DNA of 64,000 nt from Lama glama (taxonomy: Eukaryota), in contig CM052817.1 of the NCBI GenBank assembly GCA_028534125.1, positions 91,514,001-91,578,000 on the forward strand, read 5' to 3'. The notes beneath the pieces are model-generated. The model was not told the DNA's origin. It ran no database searches and was given only the letters and a program-made list of their open reading frames with translations. Shown one piece after another: positions 12,621-25,741 of this stretch; the stretch's first letter is position 1, and each line of letters begins with the position of its first letter. The position numbers were made by a program, and so were the translations under genes.

Positions 12621-13030
12621 TAAAAAGCCTTAAACACCTCAGACAGAACACTGGCTAAGATAGAATTGATTCCTTCAAAGAAATCCTATCCTAGGTTTAT
12701 GAAGAACATTTGGATGAGGTAAGTACATAATGCAGGGAGAAGGGAAGGAAATGTATATTTGCTAGATACCTATTTTTATGTGTTACCTCACTGAATGCTC
12801 TCCAGTGCCTCTGGTGATATTATTATCCTTGATTTTTAGAGATAAGACAAAAATTTAAGTTAAATTTAATAATTTACTCAAGCTATAAGTAATATGTGAA
12901 TTTTAACTCAAGACTGTCTAACAACTAAGCTCTTTTCACTAGCTTACACTGCCCTTTAAAAATACATAGCTGGAAAATAAAGGAAAAAACACTTTCACAG
13001 TACTAACTCAAGTTAGAAGATTTAACTTAT

Positions 13031-13306
13031 TTTGAAGCAAACAGGTACTTAGGAAAAATCAACTTTTATTAGATAATAATTCAAAAGTATATATTCATTT
13101 GGGAGCAATTCTGAAAGACTTTTTAGGTTTTCAATGACTTCCAAGGCTAATGGTACGTAGTTATTTCGATTTCTAATTTCACTTTCAAAAGATGTATCCC
13201 TAGTACAGTTTTTGCACTTATTGGCACTTATGCCATTTGTTTTTGATGCATAAAGATAGAGAGATCCAGAGCTGGAGACCATTTTCCCTGAGAATTTGGG
13301 CAAGAG
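13031..13306 (-). pseudogene. Relic exon with RGS-like motif
   Basis: Strong acceptor TTCTCCCCCTCTCTCTTTTAG|; TLAQILRENGLQLWISL...VQKLY*GYIF, then (shifted) ESEIRNRNNYVPLALEVIENLKSLSELLPNEY; 3' end at ~13031-13049. Confidence 0.6.
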
Positions 13307-13359
13307 CTAAAAGAGAGAGGGGGAGAAGTTCATGAACAACTGCACATGGTGATACTCAC

Positions 13360-13517
13360 TCTTAAGCTCTGGTAAATGAAAACTAAAGCGGGGAAAATAG
13401 CATGGGGAAAACCAGAGCAGCGGAACGCAAGGAAGCCTATCCATAGTCCCAAGTCTCTGATGTAAGATTCCTCCGTATCTTACATTCTTTCTATTGGGTA
13501 AGATTCTTAACAAGGAG
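13360..13517 (-). pseudogene. Relic exon (158 nt)
   Basis: TCTTTACCCCCAG| ... AGA|GTGAGTA; LLVKNLTQ*...ASLRSAALVFP, then (shifted) RFSFHLPELK. Confidence 0.6.
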
Positions 13518-14092
13518 CTGGGGGTAAAGATACTTTGTTTCTTTATATTTCTCTCTGTAAATGTTTATACTTTCTTTTCAACCCAGAGGAACATTAACAC
13601 CAGGCATATGCTGAGAGTTGTCACCAAAAGCACTGAAGGAAGAGGCAGTGGGAAATGATGGAAAGGGTAATTCAGAGACTAAAGATGGCACCGTAGAGGA
13701 GGTTCAGGAGAGGGAGATGGACCTCAGAATGCCTGTTCTACCCTCGGTGTGCAAGCTCGGGTAAGTCACTTTCTCTGAGCCTCAGGATCCTCATCTGTTA
13801 AACAGGGATAAATGAGGGTAAAAATAGGAACTACCTCATATATTTCTACAAGAATAAAATGAGATGGTCTACATAAAGTATTTAGGGAAAGGGCTCAAGA
13901 ATTTACTACTAAGTTTCACTAACAGTGTGACTTTAGACAAATGGCTTAAACTTTTTTGCCTTTTATTTCTGCAGCTATAAAATGATGAATAGAACTAGGT
14001 GATACTGCAGATTTCTTTACAATTTTATAAATATGATGTTTTGTGTGTTATTTCTTAAGGTGATAGAAAAGAAATAAGAAATCTTTCTATGA

Positions 14093-14111
14093 CAGCCACC
14101 AGGTGGCAGTA
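14093..14111 (+). promoter_or_regulatory. CTCF binding motif
   Basis: CAGCCACCAGGTGGCAGTA closely matches the CTCF core consensus CCAC/GYAGRKGGCRS. Confidence 0.65.
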
Positions 14112-15345
14112 GTGAAGAGTTTAACTGCCATCCCATTTTTGGGGAAACAATTTTTTTCAGTGTACAGACTCAAAAAAACAACAAAAAAGTTTAATTATCC
14201 ATAATCCTTATTCCCAAGGAACTACTATTAACATTTTGATGTATAACCTTCCACCCAGATTATTTCTTCACATATATATAGTTACTATTTTTCAATTTTA
14301 TAAAAAATGGAGATAACATTGTTTTATAATCAATTTTTAAACACAAAAAAAATGATGAATACTTTCCATAGCAATTAATGTAGTTCTACATCATCATTCT
14401 TAAAGGCTCCATGGTATTCCACAGAGATTTGTTTAAATCATGATTTGTTTGAACCATCCTTTACTAAGCAAACATTGGTTGGAAAAATTTCCAGAAGTGG
14501 TGTCTGGGCTATGCACTTCTTTCTTTAAGGCTTTTACTACATACCAATAATTTGTCATTTTCTATGTTTTCTGTTTTTGTGTCTGGTAGAGCAAGGTTCC
14601 TTATCAGTGCCTTTCTTCAGAATTCCATTGACCCTTCTAAAGCATTTATTCTCCGTGATGAAATTTTAAATCTTTTTATCAAAATTTGCCCCTCCATTTC
14701 CCCTAAAAAATTTTGCTGAGATTTTGATTGATTTTAAATTTATAGATTAATTTGGGGGGAATTCGCATCATTACATATGTCTTTCCATCCAGCAGTAATG
14801 GTAAGCTTCTCTATTCATTCAATTCTTCTGTCAGTAAAATTTGAATGTTATTTAGTTTCCATTTAGTTTACATCTGGTTATTTTATATTTTTTTGTTGCT
14901 GTAATAAATATCTTTTAAAATATTTTTCTAATGGCTTTTGCTGGTATATAGAAACACTATTAATTTTAGGATTATTGATTTTTATAATTGGCCACATTAC
15001 TGAACTCACCTAATGGGTCCAATATCTTATCTATCTACTCACTCATTCTGTAAGTATTCACTGAGGACTTAAGAGTGTGCCAGGTACCATTCTGGGTTCT
15101 GGAAGTAAGCAGTAAAAAAAAAAACCTGTTCTCAAGAGGAAATACTAAACAAATAAATATATGATAAGTTGTGGTAAGTGTTAAGGTGGGGGAAGCATAC
15201 TAAGAGGATGAAAAGTGAACATGAAAAATACTATTTCAGATCATGTGTTCAAATAAGCCCCCTCTGATAGGTTGGAGTTTGAGGAGAGACCTAAAAGGAT
15301 GTTGCTGTTCTTGGGTTTTCCTGGTAAATATTTATATCATTATAC

Positions 15346-15595
15346 CCTTCCCACCAGGATCTCCATGCTCCTGAAAGTGCCTGTCCAGTGGCAGCAACAG
15401 CAAAGATTTAGTCTATAAAGGAAGCTTCTAGGGTTCTCAGTGTTCCTGGATTTGATAATGGCTCCAGGGGTCCTTCCAGCCACAACCCCAGCTGGATTCT
15501 AGAGGCTCACAGAGTTCAGTGTGCTCCTGGTAAGTTTACTTTCTCATCCCTGACCCAAATCGCAGTATCTAACTGCTTCACTAAATATAAACTGC
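15346..15595 (-). pseudogene. Relic exon (250 nt)
   Basis: CTGTTCTCTTAG|G ... AGG|GTATAA; phase 2 to 0, only two stops in 83 codons: QFIFSEAVRYCDLGQG*ESKLTRSTLNSVSL*NPAG...MEILVGR. Confidence 0.6.
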
Positions 15596-15712
15596 CTAAG
15601 AGAACAGTCACAAGAGACTATAATTAGAGGTTACAAACTGCTTAATAGAATAATCCCAACAGGCTATCATTAGACCTTCCTTTAAAAAAAATTAGAAATA
15701 ACCCCGTCATAC

Positions 15713-15903
15713 CTCATGTGCCTATTTGCCTCTTTTAACAAGTCAAGTTCATCATATAGATTCTTTTTTTTTCTTTTTAAAACTGCTTTATTGATTTCAC
15801 AGTATATAATGAACATTTTGCCATGCAATAGGTAAAATTCTGCTAACAAAATCTTACAGATTAGGTCAAAAACACATTCAACTAGAAGCTGGTAATAAGA
15901 GAC
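15713..15903 (-). pseudogene. Relic exon (191 nt, open frame)
   Basis: CATTTCTGGCAG|GTC ... AG|GTATGA; VSYYQLLVECVFDLICKILLAEFYLLHGKMFIIYCEINKAVLKRKKKNLYDELDLLKEANRHMR, no stop; 117-nt intron to the next exon. Confidence 0.65.
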
Positions 15904-16449
15904 CTGCCAGAAATGAATGACATCAAAAGGTTTATAACAAAGATACATCATGAACATGTAAGTTTAGGAAGCAGGTGTGTTTCCCTATCAACTTCAGGGA
16001 AAACATCAGGATTTAAGGCACAAGGCAAAACTCATCTCATCATATAGATTCTTAACCCCATAATGCTTTGTTCTACTCTAGCCTAACTTCCCACTTCATC
16101 TATTTTGATTCTTTCATTGTGCTGTCATCAGTCAAATCCTGTTATCCTTAACAACTTTTCTAAACATTCCCTTTATCATCTTACTCTAACCAAAACCTAG
16201 CTATCTCCTGGTAATATTGCCTCCTTCCAATACTCTTGAGTTATAGCTGTTTGTTTGTTTGTTTGTTTGTTTGTTTTAATCCTTTACCCTACCCCCCAAC
16301 CAAAGTGCCTAGAGATAAGGTAGGTATCCTGCTTGCTCCCCACTGCCAATCCCCAACCTTTCTCCTTCCTTCCCAAATCCTAGTTTCCTTGAGGTGCACA
16401 CCATTACAGTATAGCATGAACCTATCCAGGTGGATTGCCTGCTGAAAAA

Positions 16450-18220
16450 AAAAAGTCAGCATTTTCAATAGAATTTAAACAATACACAAGAGTTTCATAA
16501 CAGAAACAAAATAGTCAAAGTGTCTAGGATACAATCCAAATACTAAGCATACAAAAGACCAGGAAAAATCTCAATTCACATGGGAAAAAAAGATGACAAT
16601 ACTGAGAGAATACAGATGGTAGAGTGATCTGACAAAAGCTTTGAAGCAGCCATTTGTTGGGAGACAATTCTCCATTGATCTCTTGTATTTCTGCATGTGT
16701 TTTGGGAAGGGCATTAACAGCTTTTTTCCTGGACTATCTTTTCAGGGATGTTTGCATAGCAAATTTTCTTGGAAGACAGAGATAATGTCTTCCTTTGGGG
16801 ACAAGGGCAGATTTGTTTGCTGTCTAGAATAAAAAAGATAATGTCTTCAGGGTACAGTTGGATAAGTTCTCTAGTCCCTTATTACAAATTGGAGTTTCCC
16901 ATAGAGTTCCTTTCGTATAATGAAACTCACTGCATCTACAGGTATCACCTGGTCTTCCTGGCATTACTTGGTGGGGACTGGGGCTCAGAAAACTGGCATA
17001 ACTGCTGATATTCTGCTTCCTGCTACTGCTGTGGGTAATAAATTGTCCTTTGTGTCTGACTCAAGGGACTAATGTCTTCTGCCACTATCCATGAAATTGT
17101 GGCAGCCTAACTTGTTGACTTACAAGTAAGGTAAAATCTCAGGTTTTTCAAAGTTCTCAACCCTGTTATAAAAATTCTCTTAACAAGCAATCAAAAGCAC
17201 TTTTAAAACCAATGGAAAAATATAAAGTATAAACAAAGAAATAGAAAATATAAAAAGGAATAAATGTTTCGTTTAGAATTTAAAAATGTAGTAGCTAAAA
17301 TTTTAAAAATTCACTGGATGATCTCATTAGCAGAGTGAAGATGACAGAAGAAAGTGTCAGTGAAATTGAAAATAGATCAATACAAATTACCTAACCTGAA
17401 TGACAGAGAAAAAAATATTGGATAAACAATGAATAGAAGAATCTCAGGGACCTGTGGGATGATAAAAACAAGTGTTGAAAAATTTTTAATAAATAATGAA
17501 TGAAAAGTCTAAAGTCTGGCAAAAGACAGATACCTCCAGGTTCAAGAAGCTCTACAAAACCCAGACATAATGAACATAAAGGAATCTGTTTCCAAACACA
17601 CCATCATCAAAATGCTGAAAAATAAAGACAAAGAAGAGATCTTGAAAGCAGCCAGAGAAATGCAATATATTACCTACAGGGTAACAATAATTTGCATTAC
17701 TATGATTTCCCATTGGGAACCATGAAGTCCAGAAGGAAGTGACACAACATTTGTAAAGTGCTGAAATAAAAGAATGGTCAACACATAATAGTAAAGGCAG
17801 TAAAACTATCTTTCAGAAATTAAGGTGAAATAATGACATTCTTAGGTGATGAAAAACTCAAAAGAATTCATTGCCAGCAGGTCTGTTTTTTTAAAAAATT
17901 GCTACAAGGAAACTCTTAAGACCGAAGAGAAATGGTACTAGAAGGAATCATGGAACATCAGGAATTAAGGAATAGCACCAGAAATGGTAAATATCTGTAT
18001 AAATATAGTAGACTATTCTCCTCTTGAGTTCATTAAAACATGTTTGATGACTAAAGGCAAAAATTACAACATTGTCTGAAGTTTTTGACATATGTAGATG
18101 TAATTGATGACAACTATAACATAAAAGGGAGAAAAGATAAATGCCCCTATGTGGTGGTAAGGGTTCTATATTTCACTTGCAATGGAGAAAAATACTGATT
18201 CTAAGTAGATTTTTTAGAAT
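16450..18220 (+). mobile_element. Ancient L1M fragment (ORF1 region) interrupted by an ERV LTR (~16655-17160)
   Basis: A-rich degraded ORF1 (…AAAGAAGAGATCTTGAAAGCAGCCAGAGAAA…); internal TGTTGGGAGACAATTCTCC...CAA LTR. Confidence 0.65.
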
Positions 18221-18285
18221 TTAAATATTTGCATTCCTTGAACCTTGCTTTTCCTTTTGCCTGAAAAGCCATTTCCCCGTATATA

Positions 18286-18598
18286 CTGTCAGCCCTCCCT
18301 ACCTGAGGGTTCTGCATCCATGGATTCAACCAACCTTGAATTGAAAATATTTGGGAAAAAATTTCCAGAAAGTTCCAAAAAGCAAAATTTGAATTTGCCA
18401 CGTGCTGGCAACTATTTGCATGGCATTTACACTCTATTAGGTACTATACCTAATGTAGAAATGATTTCAGCTATATGGGAAGATGTGTGTAGGTTATATA
18501 CAAATAGTACTCCATTTTATATAAGGGCTCTGAGCATTTATGGTTTTTGGTATCCTCAAGAGTCCTGGAACCAATTTCCTGAGGAACTGAGTGTTTTG
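18286..18598. mobile_element. MER2-type TcMar-Tigger element
   Basis: Matches the MER2 consensus (…CATCCATGGATTCAACCAACC…TTCCAGAAAGTTCCAAAAAGCAAAA…); TA flanks. Confidence 0.75.
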
Positions 18599-18657
18599 TA
18601 CATGGTACATAGCTAGATTTTTCTTTTTATTTCAATTTCTATCTTTTAACTGAATTT

Positions 18658-19089
18658 TGTTGCTAGAGAAGGGAGAGCAAGAGAATGGTCATGTCCCAGG
18701 TCTCAGACGAATTCCTGGGGTAAGCCGCCAAATGAGGGTCCTTAGCTATGCACAATAAAGAATTCAAGAGGGAGCCAAAGTAAAGTGAAAGCAAGTTTAT
18801 TTAGAGAGATACACTTGCCATAGGCAGAATTCGGGTTCCTCTCAGAAGGCAAGAATGGCCCCTGGGTGTAGGGGTGGTTAGTTTTTATGGGCTGGGCAAT
18901 TTTATATGCTAATAAGTGGGAGGAATATTCTAACTATTTTTGGGAAGGGACAGGGATTTCCAAGAATTGAGCCCCAGTCAAATCTAATGCCATCTTGTGC
19001 CTACTTGGTTCCAATCAGTTTTTATCATATCCTCAAGGACTGTGTCATTCTTTTAATGGTTGTGCCCTGCTCCCTTCCTTCCTGTCTCA
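18658..19089 (-). mobile_element. ERV1-class solo LTR
   Basis: TG...CA termini, 4-bp TSD ATTT (18654-57 and 19090-93), antisense AATAAA. Confidence 0.75.
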
Positions 19090-19800
19090 ATTTTAATTCA
19101 TATATATTTACTTTGATTCTTGATGTATTTGAAATTATTTCTACATCTTTTTTTGTTTATGTTTACCATGCTTTTTCTGAGCTATTTTTCTATCTTTACT
19201 GGGTATTTTTTTCGATTAAGTTTTTGTTCAGATTTTTAAAATTCCATTTGCCACCCTTTATTTGGAATTTTTACACTCTATATTTGTTCTTTTTAGAAGC
19301 TTTCTTGTATTTCTAACTTAAAATGTAAACAAAAGAATGATCCTTACAATCATTTTAACTCCACTGACTACTCCTCTTCCAAATGGCTACAAGCTATTGT
19401 TATTCAAGATACTAGTTTTGTCCATTTTTTTAAACCTCACAAATCAAACCTTTTTTTTTTTTTTTTTGACTGACAATGTTTGGATTGAAAAGTTTGTTTA
19501 CCTTTTGATTCACTCACCATTCTATCTTGTACCTCAGACCATTCTTCTGGGATAATTTCTTTAAAATTTTTTTTAAAAAGCTCTCACAAAGCACTTTATG
19601 CTAGGCTTTGTTCTAAGTTCTACTTTCCTTTAACTTATTTAATCCTCATAACAATTCCATGAGGTATATACTATAATTGTCAATATTTGACAAATGAGAA
19701 AACTGAAGCACAGAGATGTTAACTTACTTGCCTAATGTCCCACAACTAGCAAATGGCAAAACAGGGATTCACACCCTCAGTAGTCTCCAAAGTAAATATT

Positions 19801-21250
19801 CTTTTTTTTTAAATGAAGTATAATCAGTATACAATGTTGTGTCGATTTCTGGTGTTCAGCATAATAGTTCAGTCATACATATACATACATTCATTTTCAC
19901 ATTCTTTTTCACTATTGGTTACTACAAGATATTGAATATAGTTCCCTGGGCTATACAGTATAAACCTGTTGTTTATCTATTTTATATATAGTAGTTAGTA
20001 TCTGCAAATCTCAAATTCCCAATTTATCCCTTCCTACTCCCTTCACCCCCAGTAACTATATTTGTTTTCTATGTCTGTGAGTCTGTTTCTGTTTTGTAAG
20101 TAAGTTTTTGTCTTTTTTTTTTAGATTCCACATATAAGTGATACCATATGGTATTTTTCTTTCTGTGTCTGACTTACTTAACTTAGAATGACAACCTCCA
20201 AGTCCATCCATGTTACTGCAAATGGCATTATTTTATTCTTTTTATAGCTAATTAGTATTCCATTGTATAAATATACCACAACTTCTTTATCCAGTCGTCT
20301 GTTGATGGACATTTAGATTGCTTCCATGTCTTGGCTATTGTAAATAGTGCTGCTATGAACATTGGGGTGCATATATCTTTTTGAACTGAAGTTCCCTCTG
20401 GATATATGCCCAGGAGTGGGATTGCTGGATCATATGGTAAGTCTATTTTTACTGTTTTGAGGAATCTCCATACTGTTTTCTATAATGGCTGCACCAAACT
20501 ACATTCCCACCAATAGTGTAGGAGGGTTCCCTTTTCTCCACACCCTCTCCAGCATTTATCATTTGTGGACTTTTTGAATGATGGCCATTCTGCTGGTGTG
20601 AGGTGATACCTCATTGTAGTTTTGATTTGCATTTCTCTGATAATTAGTGCTATTGAACATTTTCTCTTGTGCCTATTGGCCATTAGAATGTTTTCATTGG
20701 AGAATTGTTTGTTTAGGTCTTCTGCCCATTTTTGGATTGGGTTGTCTGTTTTTTTTTGGTATTAAGCTGTATGAGCTGCTTATATATTTTGGAAGTTAAG
20801 CCTTGTCAGTCTCATCTTTTGCAAATATTTTCTCCCATTCTTTAGGTTATCATTTTGTTTTACTTATGGTTTCCTTTGCTGTGCAAAAGCTTATAAGTTT
20901 AATTAGGTCCCATTTGTTAATTTTTGCTTTTATTTCTATTGCCTGGGTAGACTGCCCTAGGAGAACATTACTAAGATTTATGTTAGAGAATGTTTTGCTT
21001 ATGTTTTCTTCTAATAGGTTTACAGTTTCTTGTCTTATGTTTAAGTCTTTAAGCCATTCTGAGTCTATTTTTGTGTAGGGTGTGAGGGAGTGTTCTAACT
21101 TCACTGATTTACATGCAGCTGTCCAGTTTTCCCAACGCTATTTGCTAAAGAGACTGTCTACTCCATTGAATGTTCTTGCCTCCTTTATCAAAGATTAATT
21201 GACCAAAAGTCTGTGGGTTTATTTCGGGGCTCTCTATTCTGTTCCACTGA
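19801..21250 (-). mobile_element. 5'-truncated lineage-specific L1 (ORF2 C-terminus plus 3' UTR)
   Basis: ORF2 peptides ([29 protein letters not shown]); poly-T at 19802; TSD TCCAAAGTAAATA at 19786 and 21251. Confidence 0.9.
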
Positions 21251-23019
21251 TCCAAAGTAAATACTGCCTCTCATATATCATTTATAAATTCCTTTAATGC
21301 AGGTCTCCGAGGTAAACTCTCAGTTCTCATTTATCTTAAATGTTTCTTTTTAACCGTTGTTCTCAAACAATAGTTTTGGTAGGTACACAATTCTAGCTGA
21401 CCATTATTTTCTTTCAGCACTTGAAAGATATTATTCCATTAACTTTTGGCTTCCATTGATAATGATGAGGAATCCATTGTTACCTTAGTTGCTATTCTTT
21501 TGCAAGTTATCTGACCTTTCTCTCTGGCTGCTTAAAAGATCTTTTCTTGTGAGTTCTTCAATTTCTTTACAATGTGTCGTTATGCATTTCTTTTTATTTA
21601 TCCTGCTTTGGTTATGCTGTGATTCTTAAATCTGTAGGTATGTGTTCTTCGTCATTTCTGCAAGAGTCATAGTAATATTTCTTTAAATATTGCATCTCAT
21701 TAGAACAGTGGTAACCAGTGGGAGGTAGAGGGCAGGGATTGACTGATGAGGGGCAAAAGGGAACTTTCTGGGGTGATGGGTATGTTCTATTTTTTGATAG
21801 GAGTCTGTGTTATACCTATATATGCACTTATAAAAACTCACTGGTGCATTTAAGAGTTAGCATTTTAGTGTACGTAAATTTTACCTAGGAGGAAAGAAAA
21901 CTATAAAACATACTGAACATTAGTTAATGATATACTGAATTCTTCAGGGGTGAGGTCTGCAACTTACCCAAATGGATCAAAAAATTTATTCCTTTGATAG
22001 ATGGATAGATGAATGGATAGATAAGGGATACAGCAAATGTAACAAAACGTTAACTCTGGAATTTAGGTGGTAGAGTGTTCATTCCACAAATCTTTCAACT
22101 TTTCTGTGTTTGAAAAGTTTTACAAAATGTTGGGGGAGAATATTGCCTCTCCTTTATTCTGTTGTATCCTTCTGAGATTACAGTTAGTTATACGATAGAC
22201 GTCTTCATCCTAGCCTCCATCTCTTAATTATCTCTTTCATATTTTTAGTTCCTTGTCTCTTTATAGTATACTCTAATTTCTTCAGATAAATCTTCTCATT
22301 TATTCTCTTTTCATTTGTGTCTAATTTTGAGTTTTATCATTCCAACAATTGTCATTTTTCATGTCTAAGTCTCCCCTCTCCCACCTGCCTCCCAGTTGGC
22401 CTGTTCATTGGACCTTGCTCATTTTTGTGAATACATTCTTTACTTTTTTAAACATTTGGAACATAGATATTCTATACTCTATCAGTTCCACTATAATAGC
22501 CCTTGGAGTTATTTATCTATTGAGTATTATTTCTGCAGATACTCACTCATAGAAGTTCGGCTTCTTGGTGCTTATACTTCTTTGACTGTGAACTCACTGC
22601 TTTACCTTAACCTTGAGAGTCCTCCTGACCTAAATTGGGGATGTTTTCTTCCAGAGGTTTTGCTTCTGTTTCTGCTCATAGCCAAGGAGCAACATATACT
22701 TAAAATTAATTCAGCTCCCATAGAGTCTTGTTTCAATGAGGGAGTCCCATGCATGGCTTTCCACTTGGCAGCGGGGCCAGGGCTGTGTATCAGGATTGCA
22801 GCTGCTACATACATATGTCCTCCTGTCTGCTTGGTGATCAACCTGGGCCAAAGGTTTGTGTAAAATATTTGATAATCTTTTTTTAATAAAGGAAGTATCT
22901 TACTCCAATTTACCAAAGATTTTTTTAACTAAAATGATATTAAATTTTATATCAACTGCCTTTTCAGCATCTGTAAAGATCAAGACAGATAAGATTTTTC
23001 TCCTTTAAGTGATTTACTA

Positions 23020-23784
23020 AGAACTGTTTTTCTCTCCTAGATTCATTACCTGCTGTAAATCTGGAACTAGGATCTTTAAATTTTTTCCTTTGCCAGCTGA
23101 CACAATGTTAAGCTATGTCAGTAGAGAGAGCTGGAAAGAATTTTCCTTACTAGTTCTTTCTTGCTTTCTTGGGTGGCACTTGTAACACACATAGCTTCCC
23201 TAGCACCTCCCCACGCCCCCTCCACCTGCTTTCTGCAGTGCCTACAGCTTTTCCTTTGCCTAGGTCCTGCAGTATAGGTGGCTTCCTAATGCCTGGCTCC
23301 TACAGTGGAAGTGGCTTTCTCAGCAGTGAGCTCCTACAGTATGGGCAGCTTCCCCAGATCCACCTTCAGACTATTTTGGTGCAGAGTGGCTCCCACAAGA
23401 CACCTACTCAGGAACAGCTTTCTCTAGAGGGTGAATTTTCAAAAAATTCCAGAAGGTGGATTTCCAGCATGCTTCACCAGCACAGAATCAAAGCAGATTC
23501 TCTGCCACTCAATAAGCCATGGCCTTGCCCTTCATAACAAGTTCTAGATCTCAGCCTGGAGCTAGAAGCAGGACAAGGAACATGTTGCAGGATCTATCTC
23601 AGCTCTAGGGGTAGTAATTGCGTCTTGTATCTAGTATTCCTGTAATACTTAGAGTTCTCTTTATTCTCTACTAGGGTAATTCCTTTTTACCCAATCCTAT
23701 CATAGTTAATAATTCTTTATATTAAACTTTGCATGGTCAAATTACTATGTGGTTTCTATTTCCCAGTTGAACCTTAACTGATAC
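23020..23784 (+). mobile_element. ERVL LTR (LTR33-like)
   Basis: …CCTTTGCCAGCTGACACAATGTTAAGC…; 3' end ATTAAACTTT...CTGATAC. Confidence 0.6.
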
Positions 23785-25741
23785 TTTCAGTCATTTCTAA
23801 ATTTATTGAGAATTTTTGAAAGATCTCCCAGTTTATGGTCTATCTTGGTGAATGTTCCATATTCATTTTGAAATAAATGTGTACTTATCCATTGTTTGAT
23901 GTAGTGTTCTGTAAGTATCAATTAGGTCAAGCTAATATTGTTCAAGTTCTCTATATCAACACTGATTTTTAAGATCGACTTGTCTATCAAATACTGAGAG
24001 GGGAATGTTGAAATCTCAATTGTAATTGTAGGTTTGTCTATTTCTCTCTTCTGTTTTGTCAGTTTTTAATTCATGGAATTTGAAGCTTTGTTACTACATC
24101 TTCTTGATGAATTCACTCTTTTCTATTATTATGAAACATCCCTCCTTATCTCCTGTCTTGAAGATAGGCCAAATTCTTTTTCCTAAAATCGTTGTCTGAC
24201 ACTAATACAGGTATTCCAGCTTTACTCTATTTGCACATCATTTTACTTTGAACTTATCTGTGTCTTTATGTTGATGATGCTTTTTGTAAATAGTACATAA
24301 CTGGGCCTTGCTTTCTCATTTAGAGGGGTATCTTTTTAATTCCAGTGTTTAGACCACTTACAATTGATTTAATTATTGATATGGTTGATATTTGTTGAAT
24401 CTTACATTTTTATTTTTCCTCTTTTCTTGACTTCTTTTTGACTGATTTTTAGTATATTCCATTTTAATTCCTCTATTGGCTGCCTTAGCTATGCTTCTTT
24501 ATTATTTTTGTTGTTGTTCTAAGTTTTACAATAGGCATCTTTAGCTTATCACAGTTTACCTTTATATATCATACTATAACACATATCACGTAATATACAC
24601 TTCATCACTTATTAGCTGAGTGAACTTCAGAAAGACATGTAACCTCTATGATCCTCATGTTCCTTATCTATAAAAGAGAGAATATTACTTGCTTCGTAGG
24701 TATGTTGGTAAGATTAAATGAGTTAGTTTTTATAAAACACAATAGTGTCTGACATGTTAAATACTGCATAAGTGTTAGGCAAATTATTTTTATTCACTCT
24801 GTATTGGTTAGTATTAAAACATCAATCTTTTTTTTTCCCTACATACTACTTTAGCCAAATCCTTATGTTTCAATTTTATTGTCCCCATTGTCATTAATTT
24901 CTAAATAGTTTGTAAACCTGCAATTGTGGCTTTTGTCCTTGAACCAGTTACTTAAGAGATTTTCCTTTTGGCTTCCAAGTAAAGTAGATGGATTTCCTTT
25001 TATCCTTTTATTTAAAAAAAGAAGAAAAAATGCTTATGTTTTTATTGTTCTAGTATCAGAGTATAACTTAAAATTGAGATTTTTCTGTGTAGTTATTTAA
25101 AAAATAAATTTTTATAAATGTGGACATTAAAAAAGTACCTTCTCTATCTGCAAGTTAGAACATTTAATACTTAAATTTCATAGTTATTTAGATCCTCTTC
25201 AAAATCATTGTCTATAGTTTGCCTTTGATGTGTCAAACACTGGAAATGCTATAAAATCAAACATTCTAAAGGGAAGGGAGAATGAGATAAAGAAAACAAC
25301 AGAGGCCACCATGACTGCACTTAGCACATATATCAAATATCTGTAAGTGTTGCTTATTCATAATTTGAGTTTATTACCTAGAAGAATGCCACTACCACAG
25401 GCACTCATCTTTAACTTACTGTCCACTACAAGAAGGCCTTCCATCCTAGCTCCCAGTGTGCCTTCATACTTTAACACATCTAGAATTTTTGAAGTCTAGG
25501 CCCAAACACCTCTAGGGAAAAAAATCTGACATTCTGTTTTATCCTATGTTATTCATTAATGGTTCCGTGCTAACTTGGTTTGGTGGCTAGATTATAAATT
25601 CCTCATGGACAAAAATCATATTTTATCTTATCCCCTGCCCCAACCACTAGCACAGTGCTATATATAGAATACATAATAAATCCTCAATGAATGTACTTAT
25701 GAAGATATGACTTGAAGAATTCTGAAACTCAGTAAACTTAC

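Noticed and set aside
25138..25265. Minus-strand AG...GT unit resembling another fossil exon
   Set aside because: Stops in every frame, and it lies in what looks like a degraded antisense L1 endonuclease region.
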